Assembly (NCBI GenBank): GCA_003222115.1
Contig: QHUL01000050.1
Span: 17,086 to 81,085 of the forward strand
Origin: Gemmatimonadota bacterium
GTDB taxonomy: Bacteria > Gemmatimonadota > Gemmatimonadetes > Gemmatimonadales > GWC2-71-9
Length of the DNA: 64,000 nucleotides
Reading direction: 5' to 3'
Part shown: one piece after another, positions 33,902-43,054 of the stretch
Numbering within the stretch: the first letter of the stretch is position 1
Layout of the letters: each line of letters opens with the position of its first letter
Made by a program: the position numbers and the translations under genes
Notes under the pieces: model-generated
Databases searched by the model: none
What the model was told of the DNA's origin: nothing
The model's input: the letters and a program-made list of their open reading frames with translations, nothing else

Positions 33902-35160
33902 CAGCGCCGCTCGAGCACGATGGCGGACGCCATCCCGCCCTGCGCGCACACCGAGATGAGCCCAAATTGCACGTCGCGCCGCTTCATCTCGTTCGCAAGC
34001 GTGGTGACGAGCCGGCCACCCGTGGCGCCGAATGGATGCCCGATCGCGATCGAGCCGCCCATCACGTTGATGATGTCCTCATTGATCTCCCAGCCCCGCT
34101 CCTCGAAGCCCTTCAGGTTGGAGAGCACCTGCGCGGCGAACGCCTCGTGGATCTCGATCAGCCCCAGGTCCTTCCACGCGACGCCGGCCCGCTCCAGCGC
34201 CCGGGGCACCGTGAACACCGGCGCCTGCAGCAGTTGCCACCCAGGATCCACCGCGCCGACCGCGTAGGAGCGCACGTAGGCGAGCGGCTCGTACCCCAGG
34301 GCCCGGGCCGCCTCGCCGCTCATCAGGAGCACCGCCGAGGCGCCGTCCGTGAGGGGCGAGGAGTTCGCGGCGGTGACGCTGCCATAGCGGCGGTCGAACA
34401 CGGGCTTGAGCTTGGCCATCTGATCGAGCGACGTGTCGCGCCGGACGCCGTTGTCCTCCGTGACGATCGGGTCGCCCGGACGGCTCGGGAAGACCGGCAC
34501 GATCTCCGCGGTGAGCCGGCCGTCGGCGCCGCCCTGCGCGGCGAGCTGATGGCTGCGCAGGGCCCAGCGGTCCTGGGCCTCGCGGGAGATGCGGTTTTCC
34601 TTGGCCATCTTCTCGGCCGATTGGCCCATCGTTTCGCCGGTGGAGGGCTCGGCGATCGCCGGCGACACGGGGATCAGGTCGCGCGGCCGGATCTTCGCGA
34701 ACACCCTCACACGCTGCAGGGCCGTCTTGGCCTTGCTTGCCTCGACCAGGATGTCGGCGAGGCGGCGCGAGGCCAGGATCGGAATGTCCGAGAGGCTCTC
34801 CACGCCCCCCGCCAGGATCACGTCCGCGTGGCCCAGCACGATCTGGTCGTAGGCGGCCGTGACGGCCTGGTTGGCGGAGGCGCAGGCACGGTTGAGGGAG
34901 TAGGCGGGGATCTCCTTCGGGAACTGGGGCAGCAGGCTCACCTCGCGGCCGACGTTGGGGACGAGGGCCGACGGGACGACCTGGCCCCAGATCACCTGGT
35001 CGACCTCCGCGCCGTCGAGATTCGTGCGGTGCACGAGCTCTCGCGCGGCCAGCCGCGCGAGATCGACGGCGCGCGCTTGCTTCAGCACGCTGCCCGCCCT
35101 GCAGAACGGTGTGCGACATCCGGCCACGACCGCCACGCGACGTCCGTTTCCACCCGGCAT
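33901..35160 (-). CDS. Acetyl-CoA C-acyltransferase (thiolase, FadI/FadA-like)
   Basis: It has the active-site Cys region SLNRACASANQA and the C-terminal motifs GGSIAIGHPFGATG and ISVCAQGGM. The ATG at 35160 is preceded by AGGGAG. Confidence 0.9.
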   Translation of the reverse strand: MPGGNGRRVAVVAGCRTPFCRAGSVLKQARAVDLARLAARELVHRTNLDGAEVDQVIWGQVVPSALVPNVGREVSLLPQFPKEIPAYSLNRACASANQAVTAAYDQIVLGHADVILAGGVESLSDIPILASRRLADILVEASKAKTALQRVRVFAKIRPRDLIPVSPAIAEPSTGETMGQSAEKMAKENRISREAQDRWALRSHQLAAQGGADGRLTAEIVPVFPSRPGDPIVTEDNGVRRDTSLDQMAKLKPVFDRRYGSVTAANSSPLTDGASAVLLMSGEAARALGYEPLAYVRSYAVGAVDPGWQLLQAPVFTVPRALERAGVAWKDLGLIEIHEAFAAQVLSNLKGFEERGWEINEDIINVMGGSIAIGHPFGATGGRLVTTLANEMKRRDVQFGLISVCAQGGMASAIVLERR

Positions 35161-35270
35161 TACATTCTCCCTTCGCGCCCGGTCGAAAGCTAGCATCGGC
35201 TCCGAGGGGAGGGGAGTTGGCGGCCGAGACACCGTTCTCGCATCGCACGCGCGCCCGCGCGCTCGCATCG

Positions 35271-36899
35271 ATGGCCGCTGAGCCCGTCGATGTGCTCGTC
35301 ATCGGCGGCGGGATCACGGGCGCCGGGATCGCGCGCGATGCGGCGCTGCGCGGCCTCCGCACGGCGCTTGTGGACAAGGGCGACTTCGCAGGCGCGACAT
35401 CGTCGCGCTCGTCGCGCCTCATCCACGGCGGTCTCCGCTATCTCGAGCAGTACGACTTCCATCTAGTGCGGGAAGCAAGCCGGGAGCGGCGCCTGCTGCT
35501 CGACCTGGCGCCACACCTCGTACGGCCGCTCGCATTCCTGTTCCCCGTCTACCGCGGGGCGCGGGTGCCGGCCTGGCGGCTGCGGGCGGGGATGTGGCTG
35601 TACGACCTGCTCGCCGCCTTCCGCAACGTGCGCCTGCACCGCTGGCTGGGCCGGCGCGCCGCGCTCAAGGCCGAGCCGGGACTGCGGGAGCGGGGCCTGG
35701 TGGGAGCGGCGGTCTACTACGACGCGCAGACCGACGACGCGCGGCTCGTCCTGGCCGCCATCCGCGGCGCGGCCCAGGCCGGCGCTCTGGTCGCGAACTA
35801 CACCGAGGTGACGAGCCTCGTCCGTCGCGATGGCCGCGTGCGGGGCGCGACGGTGCAGGACGCGCTCACCGGCGAGGCCCGCACCGTGCGTGCCTTGATC
35901 GTGGTGAACGCGACGGGACCCTGGGTGGATGCCCTGCGCCGGCTCGACGACCCGCAGGCCCCGCCGCTGCTCCGGCTCACGAAGGGCGCACACGTCGCCG
36001 TACCCCGCGGGCGGATCGGGAATGCGCACGCGGTGACCCTTACGTCGCCGATCGATGGGCGGGTGATGTTCGTGCTCCCCTGGGGGGACCTGAGCTACGT
36101 CGGGACCACCGACACGGACGACGTCGCCCCGCCCGACGACGTGCGGGCATCCGGGAGCGACGTCGTCTATCTGCTGCGGTCGGCGAACGCGTTCTTTCCG
36201 CAGGCCCGCCTCGCCCCGCACGACGTGATCTGCAGCTGGGCGGGTCTGCGGCCCCTGCTCGCTCCCGAGCGCGAGGTCGCCGCGTCGGCGGTCTCCCGGG
36301 AGCACCGCATCGTCGAGAGCGCCAGCGGCCTGATCACCATCGCCGGCGGCAAGCTCACCACCTTCCGCGTCATGGGGCGCGACATGGTCGACCGCGTGGC
36401 CCGGCGGCTGCACGAGCTCGATGGCCGGCCGATCCCGCGCCGGCCCCCCACCGATCGCGTGCCGCTGCCGGGAGGCGAGACGGCGGATCTCGCCGTGCTC
36501 GTAGAGGCGGCCCGTGCCCGCGAGGTCCCCGAGCCTACGGCGCGCCATCTGGTGCAGGCCTACGGAAGCGAAGCGCCGGCGGTGCTGAACCTCGTGGAGC
36601 GCGACCGCGCCCTCGGGAAGCCGATCATCCCCGGCCGGCCGGAGATCTGGGCCGAAGTGAGGCACGCGGTGGAGCGGGAGATGGCGCTGCGGCTCGGGGA
36701 CGTGCTCATGCGCCGGCTCCACCTCTTCTCAGAGACCCGGGACCAGGCCGTCCCCGCCACGAGTGCCGTCGCGGACCATCTGGGTGAGCTGCTCGGCTGG
36801 GATGCGGCCCGCCGGTCCGAGGAGATCGCCGACTACGCGAAGCAGGTGGCGCAGTCACGGGCGTACCTGAAAGAGGTGGCCAGGCTGAGCAAACCCTGA
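35271..36899 (+). CDS. glpD: FAD-dependent glycerol-3-phosphate dehydrogenase
   Basis: It has DVLVIGGGITGAGIARDAALRGL and SSRSSRLIHGGLRYL, plus a C-terminal GlpD alpha-helical domain. The start may lie further upstream (TTG at 35217). Confidence 0.88.
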   Translation: MAAEPVDVLVIGGGITGAGIARDAALRGLRTALVDKGDFAGATSSRSSRLIHGGLRYLEQYDFHLVREASRERRLLLDLAPHLVRPLAFLFPVYRGARVPAWRLRAGMWLYDLLAAFRNVRLHRWLGRRAALKAEPGLRERGLVGAAVYYDAQTDDARLVLAAIRGAAQAGALVANYTEVTSLVRRDGRVRGATVQDALTGEARTVRALIVVNATGPWVDALRRLDDPQAPPLLRLTKGAHVAVPRGRIGNAHAVTLTSPIDGRVMFVLPWGDLSYVGTTDTDDVAPPDDVRASGSDVVYLLRSANAFFPQARLAPHDVICSWAGLRPLLAPEREVAASAVSREHRIVESASGLITIAGGKLTTFRVMGRDMVDRVARRLHELDGRPIPRRPPTDRVPLPGGETADLAVLVEAARAREVPEPTARHLVQAYGSEAPAVLNLVERDRALGKPIIPGRPEIWAEVRHAVEREMALRLGDVLMRRLHLFSETRDQAVPATSAVADHLGELLGWDAARRSEEIADYAKQVAQSRAYLKEVARLSKP

Positions 36900-37610
36900 T
36901 CACGCGCCCCGCCGCGCTTCGCTCGCGCCGATGGCCTCCCGCAGTGCGGCCCGCGCGAGCAGCCGGGTCGAATCGAGCGCCGGGAGAGGGGCCTCGCCGT
37001 CGCGTACGAGGAGCGGGATCTCGGTGCACCCCAGGACCACGGCATCACAGCCGCGCCGGCCCAGCGCCGCGATCACGTCATGGAAGTACGCCCGCGACGC
37101 CTCGAGGAAGCGGCCGTTCACGAGCTCATCCATAATGATCGCGTCGATGCGCGCGCGCTCCGGAGGCTCCGGGGTCAGGGTCGCGATCCCGGCGGGTTGG
37201 AGCGCCTCGGGGTAGACGGGGCCCTCCATCAAGTACCGCGTGCCCAGGATCCCGAGCCGTCGGAAGCGGCGGCCCTCGGCTTCCCGAGCGACGACCCGGC
37301 CGATGTGGAGCCAGGGGATGGGGGATTCGGGCTCCACGAGCGCGAACGCCTGATGGACCGTGTTGTCCGGGCTGATGGCGAACGCGGCGCCGACCTGCGC
37401 CGCTTTGCGGGCGGACGAGAGCATCAAGTCCGCGACGCCACGCCAGTCGTGGCGGCGGATGTGACGCATGTAGTCGGCCAGGGGATGCGTATGCATCGTG
37501 ACTTCGGGATGGCTGTGCTCCCCCATCACGCGCGCGCCCTCGGTGCAGATCGTGCGATAGCACAGCGCCGCCCCCTCGGCGCTCACCCCCACGATCCCGA
37601 TGTGCTTCAC
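36900..37610 (-). CDS. Asp/Glu/hydantoin-racemase-superfamily protein with an atypical active site (first Cys replaced by Asp)
   Basis: This is the C-terminal 236 aa of track ORF 36900..38621. The GTG at 37610 follows GGGGGAGGG. GAAFAISPDNTVH aligns to the canonical GADFIxxPCNTAH, and the second motif VVLGCTEIPLL is intact. Confidence 0.75.
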   Translation of the reverse strand: MKHIGIVGVSAEGAALCYRTICTEGARVMGEHSHPEVTMHTHPLADYMRHIRRHDWRGVADLMLSSARKAAQVGAAFAISPDNTVHQAFALVEPESPIPWLHIGRVVAREAEGRRFRRLGILGTRYLMEGPVYPEALQPAGIATLTPEPPERARIDAIIMDELVNGRFLEASRAYFHDVIAALGRRGCDAVVLGCTEIPLLVRDGEAPLPALDSTRLLARAALREAIGASEARRGA

Positions 37611-37668
37611 CCCTCCCCCTCCCGCGGGCCCCTTCCCCTCTCCGCCCTCGTCCTCCCCTCTACCCCGT
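37611..37668 (-). other. Polypurine, G-run-rich intercistronic tract (G-quadruplex / multi-SD candidate) upstream of the racemase-like gene
   Basis: The minus strand reads GGGGTAGAGGGGAGGACGAGGGCGGAGAGGGGAAGGGGCCCGCGGGAGGGGGAGGG, followed by the GTG start. Confidence 0.6.
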
Positions 37669-37672
37669 CGTT

Positions 37673-38692
37673 TCACCGCCAACCCCACAGCGACCTTACG
37701 TAGTCGTGCAACACGAGGAACTTCTCGAACAGCACCACGCCCTTGCGCTTCCGGCCGAACTCGCCGAACAGCTCCCGCAGCCGGCCCCGCCGGACGACGT
37801 ACACGCGAAACGTCTCGGCGAAGTCCTCCTGGGGGTGAGTCGCCGCGTAGGCGGTGACGTAGTTCGGCAGGGTCGTCGTCACGTGGCGCATCTCGAAATC
37901 CACCCACTTCGAGTCCGACACGCGGTAGGCCTTCCGCACCTCGCCGAAGGCGCGCCGGAACCGCCCGGTGCGGGTCAGGCGCCAGTTGTGGAACAGGAAC
38001 GAGTGCCCGAGCTCGTGCAGGATGAGTCCGGTGAGCATGGTCCAGGAGATCTCGTCGCGCCGACGTTTCCCCGTCACGTAGCGCCGCTCGATCTCGATCA
38101 CCTTGGGCGAGCTGTGCGTGACGCCCGACACGCCCGGCCGCAGCAGCACGCGATAATGCCAGTCCCTGACCCGCGTCGTCACGAGCAGCCGGCGGGCGCG
38201 CGCGAGTGCCTGGCGGACCAGGTCCTGGCCGGTGGAATCCTCCCCGCACCAGGGACACCAGTTCATCCAGTCGTTTACGCCCTTGTTGCAGTGGGGGCAG
38301 ACGTTCTGGAACTCGTCGTGGCGCCACTTCTCGGGCCGGCCGCACCAGGGGCAGTAGCGCATCGGATACATCACGCCGCCGCCGCAGCCCCAGCGGCAGC
38401 GGCGGTGGAACTTGAATCCCTTCGGCGCCTTGAGCGGCGCGGCGCTCGAGTCCCGGTCGGCGATGTCGCGCCCGCACCACGGGCAATGGGAGAAGCTGTC
38501 CGAGACGACCCAGCCGCAGTAGTAGCACTCGGCCCCGGTCTCCCGCGTGACGTCCCGCCACTCGAGCCGGCGCCCGCAGTCGGAGCAGTACGACCAGAAC
38601 CGATCGAGCTCCGCCCGGCACGTCGGGCAGCGAAGCTCGGGCGTGGGCACCTCGCGGTGCCGGCGGCGCGCGGCCCTAGCGGACCTGGTCAC
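37673..38692 (-). CDS. Multi-zinc-ribbon protein with a C-terminal HExxH putative zinc metallopeptidase domain
   Basis: There are four CxxC...CxxCG ribbons: CPTCRAELDRFWSYCSDCG, CYYCGWVVSDSFSHCPWCG, CRWGCGGGVMYPMRYCPWCG and CPHCNKGVNDWMNWCPWCG. These are followed by LILHELGHSF and HPQEDFAETF. That resembles the 'putative zinc-binding metallopeptidase' family, which normally has a single N-terminal ribbon. Confidence 0.7.
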   Translation of the reverse strand: MTRSARAARRRHREVPTPELRCPTCRAELDRFWSYCSDCGRRLEWRDVTRETGAECYYCGWVVSDSFSHCPWCGRDIADRDSSAAPLKAPKGFKFHRRCRWGCGGGVMYPMRYCPWCGRPEKWRHDEFQNVCPHCNKGVNDWMNWCPWCGEDSTGQDLVRQALARARRLLVTTRVRDWHYRVLLRPGVSGVTHSSPKVIEIERRYVTGKRRRDEISWTMLTGLILHELGHSFLFHNWRLTRTGRFRRAFGEVRKAYRVSDSKWVDFEMRHVTTTLPNYVTAYAATHPQEDFAETFRVYVVRRGRLRELFGEFGRKRKGVVLFEKFLVLHDYVRSLWGWR

Positions 38693-39686
38693 GCTTCATC
38701 GCCTCGTCCACGATGCGCTGGATGAACTCGTCGTACGACAGGCCCGCCTTCTCGGCGGCGTTCGCCATCTCGTGCTCGAACGCGAGGAACGGGTTCGGAT
38801 TCACCTCCAGCACGTATACCTCGTCGTCGTGGGTCAACCGCAGGTCAACCCGTCCGTAGTCCTGCAGCCACAGCGCGTGAAAGGCCGTGGCGCAGAGGTC
38901 CCCGATCTTCGCGGTCAGGTCGTCCGCCAGGCCCTTCGCGAACACGTTCTTGATGCGCTTCCGCTTGCGGTACTCCTCGTCCCATTTCGCCTTGTAGGTG
39001 GCGATGCGCTGCTCCGCTGCCTCCGCCTCGCCGAACGTCATCTCGACGATCGGTAACACCTGCAGCTTGTCGTTGCCGAGCAGGCCGACGTACAGCTCCC
39101 GTCCTTCGATGAGCTCCTCCACGATCGCCGCCTGGTTGAACTTCTCGTGGATGAACTTCACCCGGTCCGCCAGGCTGCCGTCGTCCTCGACCACCGATGC
39201 CTGGGCGATGCCGATCGACGCGTCCTCGAGCAAGGGCTTGACGATCAGCGGGAAGCGGAGCTCCGAAGGCCGCAGCGGCTTCTCGCCGGGGTGGAACTCG
39301 GCGAAGGCAGGGACACGGATGCCGTGGTACGCGAGGATCTTCTTCGTGAGCGATTTGTTGCGCGCGACCAGTAGCCCGGTGGGCGACGAGCCGGTGTAGC
39401 GGTAGCCGTGCATCTCCAGCACCGCGGCGAGCCCATACTCGTGGTGGGCGCGCCCCCGGAACGCCTCGCAGCCGTTGAAGACGAGCTTCGGCTGGAACCC
39501 GGCGAGGCGATCGAGCAGCGGCGGGAGCGCCTCGTGCACGCCCACCATCAACACGTCGTGCCCCTTGGCGACGAGCGCCCGCCCCACGTCGTACTCCGCC
39601 TCCTCGACCTTGGTCTCGATCGCCTTCTTGTAGTCCGCGTCGCTCCAGTCGGGATGCTGGGTGTCGAACAGGACGGCGATCTTCAT
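38676..39686 (-). CDS. ATP-grasp ligase of the D-alanine--D-alanine-ligase-like family (substrate unknown)
   Basis: This is the C-terminal 336 aa of track ORF 38676..40904. The sequence runs MKIAVLFD...KLVFNGCEAF...RYTGSSP...ARNKSLTKKIL...FPLIVKPLLEDASIGI...ELIEGRELYVGLLG...GRVDLRL...YVLEVNPNP. Its ATG overlaps the MFS stop as ATGA. Confidence 0.8.
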   Translation of the reverse strand: MKIAVLFDTQHPDWSDADYKKAIETKVEEAEYDVGRALVAKGHDVLMVGVHEALPPLLDRLAGFQPKLVFNGCEAFRGRAHHEYGLAAVLEMHGYRYTGSSPTGLLVARNKSLTKKILAYHGIRVPAFAEFHPGEKPLRPSELRFPLIVKPLLEDASIGIAQASVVEDDGSLADRVKFIHEKFNQAAIVEELIEGRELYVGLLGNDKLQVLPIVEMTFGEAEAAEQRIATYKAKWDEEYRKRKRIKNVFAKGLADDLTAKIGDLCATAFHALWLQDYGRVDLRLTHDDEVYVLEVNPNPFLAFEHEMANAAEKAGLSYDEFIQRIVDEAMKRDQVR

Positions 39687-41311
39687 GCTTTCACCCGCGC
39701 CATGTCCCGCGCTACCGTCCGCAACGCCACCAGGATGACGAGGCCGCCCACCAGCCCGACCGAGGGCAACAGCAGCATCGCGGGGCGCAACCCGAAGCGG
39801 TCGGACAGGTAACCGACGAGCGGCGGCGCGATGGCGTCGCCCGCGAGGTGGGAGAACAACAGGAAGGCGCCCAGCACCGAGCCGCGCACGGCAGGCGGCA
39901 CCACGTCCAGGATGACGGCCGAGAGCGGGCCGTTGTACCACGTGTAGAGGAAGAACGTCGCGAACAACAGCGGCACGAACCAGCGCAGCCCCTCGACGAG
40001 CAGCAATGCCGCGCACACGGGGCCCCCCAGCACGAACCCGGCTCCCGACACGATCACCCGCCCGCCGGGCCAGCGCCCCAGCAGCCAGTCCCCCACGCGC
40101 CCCCCGAACAGCCCGCCGAGCGCGCCGCCGGCGAGCCCCCAGATCCCGAACTCCCGGCCGACGCGCCCGACGGAGAACCCGTGCACCCGTTCCATGAAGC
40201 TCGGGGCCCACGCGATCAGCCCGTTCACCGCGAACGTCACCAGGGAGCCGCCCACGAACATCCAGATCAGGGTCGGCGTGCGCAGCACCGTGGCGGCGGC
40301 TTGGAGGAAGTCCTCGAACGCGGTCGCCGCCACCACGGTGGCCTCGGTCGTGCGCCGGATGGCGATGGGCACCAATCGCATCACCGTCCACACCACGCCG
40401 ACCGTCACGAAGCCGCCGAACACCGCCGTGTCCACGCCCGACGGAAGGCGCTGGAACAGCGCCATCACACCGCTGACGGCGGCGCCCGCAAGCGTGAGGC
40501 CCGCGAGCGGCAGCGCCGGGCGGACCAGGTTGCGGACGCCGCTGTCGTACCAGCGGGCGAGGGTGGCCCAGACGGACGCCGGCGCCTGCCGCTGGGGCTC
40601 GCGCAGCCGCGAGGCGAGGAGCGCGAGCACGAGCCCCGGTGCGCCCATCGCGATGAACGCGGTGCGCCAGCCGTAGCGCTCCGCCAGCACCCCGCCCAGC
40701 CAGATGCCGAGCACGCCCCCGAACGCCATGCCGACCGAGTAGACCCCGATGGCAAAGGCGCGACGCCGCCCGCGGAAGAATTCCGCGATCAATGCCTGGG
40801 CCGCGGGCCCGTAGCCCGCCTCCCCCACGCCCACCATCGCCCGGCACACGAGGAGTTGCCCGAAGCCCCTCACCGCGGCACCGAGTGCCGTGAACGCGCT
40901 CCACAGCCCCACCCCGAAGGCGATGACCGCGCGACGCGACTTGAGGTCGCCCACGACACCAAGCGGCAGCGCCGCGAGCGACAGCACGATCACGTACGCC
41001 GAGCCCAGCCAGCCGAGCTCGTGGTCGGTCAGCGCGAGCTCGCGCTTCAGCGGCTGGAACAGCGCGAAAACGACGTTGCGGTCGGTGTAGTTGAGGAGGT
41101 TGATCAGCGTCAGCAGCCCGAGGGCGTAGACGGCGTACGCCCTCGACTGCTTGGGGTCGGAGCCGGGCCTAGGGCTGGCGCCCGACAGGCGTCGCCTCCG
41201 CGCGGGCGTCGCGGTCGGCCTTCGCTTCCTGGTACGCCTCGGTGAGCTCGCGGAGCATCTCGTCGCGCTTGTGGTACAGCCGCTTGAGGCGGCGCGGCTT
41301 GCGCTTGGCAA
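39683..41311 (-). CDS. MFS transporter (Spinster-like); start codon unresolved
   Basis: It has 12-TM-like hydrophobic organisation and the run [19 protein letters not shown]...GDLKSRR. The only canonical in-frame start is the TTG at 41311, which gives a 143-nt overlap with the upstream gene. A CTG at 41188 would give a normal N-terminus. Confidence 0.75.
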   Translation of the reverse strand: MPSASRAASSGCTTSATRCSASSPRRTRKRRPTATPARRRRLSGASPRPGSDPKQSRAYAVYALGLLTLINLLNYTDRNVVFALFQPLKRELALTDHELGWLGSAYVIVLSLAALPLGVVGDLKSRRAVIAFGVGLWSAFTALGAAVRGFGQLLVCRAMVGVGEAGYGPAAQALIAEFFRGRRRAFAIGVYSVGMAFGGVLGIWLGGVLAERYGWRTAFIAMGAPGLVLALLASRLREPQRQAPASVWATLARWYDSGVRNLVRPALPLAGLTLAGAAVSGVMALFQRLPSGVDTAVFGGFVTVGVVWTVMRLVPIAIRRTTEATVVAATAFEDFLQAAATVLRTPTLIWMFVGGSLVTFAVNGLIAWAPSFMERVHGFSVGRVGREFGIWGLAGGALGGLFGGRVGDWLLGRWPGGRVIVSGAGFVLGGPVCAALLLVEGLRWFVPLLFATFFLYTWYNGPLSAVILDVVPPAVRGSVLGAFLLFSHLAGDAIAPPLVGYLSDRFGLRPAMLLLPSVGLVGGLVILVALRTVARDMARVKA

Positions 41312-42308
41312 GCGCGTAGGCGGCGAGAATCGGGAAGCCGACCGTGTTGTCCAGGTAGCACACGACGGTATCGGGGAGCTTCTCCGGGTCGACCTTCCCC
41401 CAGCTCACCGCCTCGGAGGGCGTCGCCCCCGACAGTCCGCCGGTGTCGGGGCGGGCGTCCGTCATCTGGAGATAGTAGTCGTGTCCCTTCTCACCGATCC
41501 CCAGCACCTCCTGAATCTGCGGTTCGGTCTGGAGCACGAAGTTCTTGGGACTCCCCCCGCCGATGATCAACACGCCGCTCTTGCCGCCGTGGGTCTTGGC
41601 GTGGAACACGACGGCCGAGGTCTCGTTCACGTCGGCGCTCACGTCGAAGCGGAGCTGCGAGCCCGTCAGTGCCTGCTCCGCCACGTTCATCCCGATCGAG
41701 GAGTCCCCCGGAGAGGAGGTGTAGATCGGCACGCCGCACTCGTGGGCCACGCCCAGCACCGACTTGCGCCCGATCCCCAGGGCCTGCTCGCGCTCGCGCA
41801 CGTAACCGCCCAGCAGGTAGTGGTATTCCGCCGTGCTCATCGGGCGCTGGAACTCGGGTCGCGCCGAGACCTCGCGGATATAGGCGTCGGTGGAGAGCAG
41901 CACCTGGTAGTCGAAGAAGATGTCGTAGATGCGGACGACGCCCTCTTCGCGCAGCTCCACATCGTCCGCGAAGGGCGTGCCCTTGTGCATCGTGAGGCCG
42001 AGCCCGAAGTGGGAGTCGTGATACAGGTTCGCGCCCGTCGATACGATCCAGTCGACGAACCCCGCCTCGATGAGGGGGATCATGGTGGACATGCCGAGCC
42101 CCGCCGGCGTCATCGCACCGGTCAGGCTCATCCCGACCGTGACGTCCTCCGCGAGCATTCGCTCCGCGAACAGGCGACAGCCCTCGGCCAGCCGGCCCGC
42201 GTTGTAAGCCAGGAACGCGTTGTCGACGAGCTCGGTAACCGTTTCCTTGCCAGTGATCGGCCTGGGGTCGATACGCGGGCCGCGCAGGTAGTCCTTGCGT
42301 GTCGTCAT
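41169..42308 (-). CDS. Deoxyhypusine synthase-like / homospermidine synthase-like protein
   Basis: Motifs seen are [35 protein letters not shown] and SEAVSWGK (catalytic-Lys motif). The ATG at 42308 overlaps the LOG stop as ATGA. Confidence 0.85.
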   Translation of the reverse strand: MTTRKDYLRGPRIDPRPITGKETVTELVDNAFLAYNAGRLAEGCRLFAERMLAEDVTVGMSLTGAMTPAGLGMSTMIPLIEAGFVDWIVSTGANLYHDSHFGLGLTMHKGTPFADDVELREEGVVRIYDIFFDYQVLLSTDAYIREVSARPEFQRPMSTAEYHYLLGGYVREREQALGIGRKSVLGVAHECGVPIYTSSPGDSSIGMNVAEQALTGSQLRFDVSADVNETSAVVFHAKTHGGKSGVLIIGGGSPKNFVLQTEPQIQEVLGIGEKGHDYYLQMTDARPDTGGLSGATPSEAVSWGKVDPEKLPDTVVCYLDNTVGFPILAAYALAKRKPRRLKRLYHKRDEMLRELTEAYQEAKADRDARAEATPVGRQP

Positions 42309-43054
42309 CGGCTCTCCACCGCAAAGGATTCGGTGCGGCGGGCGCGCGCCTTGACGCAGCGGCGCACCGCGTCCTCGGGGTCGTCGGTCACGTGAAACAG
42401 CTCCAAGTCCGCCGTGTCGATCTTCCCCTCCCCTGCCACCCGCTCCCGCAGCCATTCCACGAGGCCGGCCCAGTAGGCCTTGCCGAACAGGATGACAGGA
42501 AAATGTTTCACTTTTCCCGTCTGGATGAGCGTCAGCGCTTCGAACAGCTCGTCCATCGTCCCGAAGCCGCCCGGGAAAACGATGAACGCGGTCGAATACT
42601 TCACGAACATCGTCTTGCGCACGAAGAAATAGCGAAAGTTGATCGCGCGCTCAACGTAGGCGTTGATCCCCTGCTCGAACGGCAGCTCGATGTTGCAGCC
42701 GATCGAGAGCCCGTTCCCCTCCTGGCACCCGCGGTTCGCCGCCTCCATGATACCGGGACCGCCCCCCGTGATGACGGGGAACCCCTCGCGGGCAAGCAGA
42801 CGTGCCGTCACGACCGCCCGCTCGTAGAACGGGTCGTCGGCCGGCGTGCGCGCGGAGCCGAAGATCGTGACGGCGTTGTGGACGTCGGCGAGAGTGTCGA
42901 ACCCTTCCACGAACTCGCCCAGGATGCGCAGCACCCGCCACGGGTCCGTGCGTGTGAATCCCCGCCGCTCCGCTTGCGGGGCGGACGTGAGGAGGCGTTC
43001 GTCTTCAGTGACCGGCGCGCGTTGCGAGCCGCTCGAGCGCTGCGACATGGTCAT
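42305..43054 (-). CDS. LOG-family (TIGR00730) Rossmann-fold nucleotide phosphoribohydrolase-like protein
   Basis: Motifs seen are [23 protein letters not shown] and the hallmark [12 protein letters not shown]. Confidence 0.88.
   Translation of the reverse strand: MTMSQRSSGSQRAPVTEDERLLTSAPQAERRGFTRTDPWRVLRILGEFVEGFDTLADVHNAVTIFGSARTPADDPFYERAVVTARLLAREGFPVITGGGPGIMEAANRGCQEGNGLSIGCNIELPFEQGINAYVERAINFRYFFVRKTMFVKYSTAFIVFPGGFGTMDELFEALTLIQTGKVKHFPVILFGKAYWAGLVEWLRERVAGEGKIDTADLELFHVTDDPEDAVRRCVKARARRTESFAVESR

Noticed and set aside
35203-35219. GAGGGGAGGGGAGTTGG in the thiolase/glpD spacer, considered as another heptamer-array hairpin
   Set aside because: It has fewer than two full units and no convincing complementary arm nearby. 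It may simply be SD-like sequence for an upstream glpD start.
31901-35422. ORFs 31901..34267 (+, 788 aa), 33967..35193 (+) and 34079..35422 (-) over the fadJ-like and thiolase genes
   Set aside because: These are shadow ORFs with low-complexity composition. The annotated frames have canonical crotonase, 3-HCDH and thiolase motifs.
37611-38621. The upstream part of track ORF 36900..38621 (-), and 37706..38725 (+)
   Set aside because: The first is read-through of the racemase frame across the polypurine spacer into the Zn-ribbon peptidase gene. The second is antisense to that gene. Neither has motifs.
39687-41245. The upstream part of track ORF 38676..40904 (-), and 39848..41245 (+), over the MFS gene
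   Set aside because: The ATP-grasp homology starts at the ATG at 39686. The remainder is off-frame MFS sequence.
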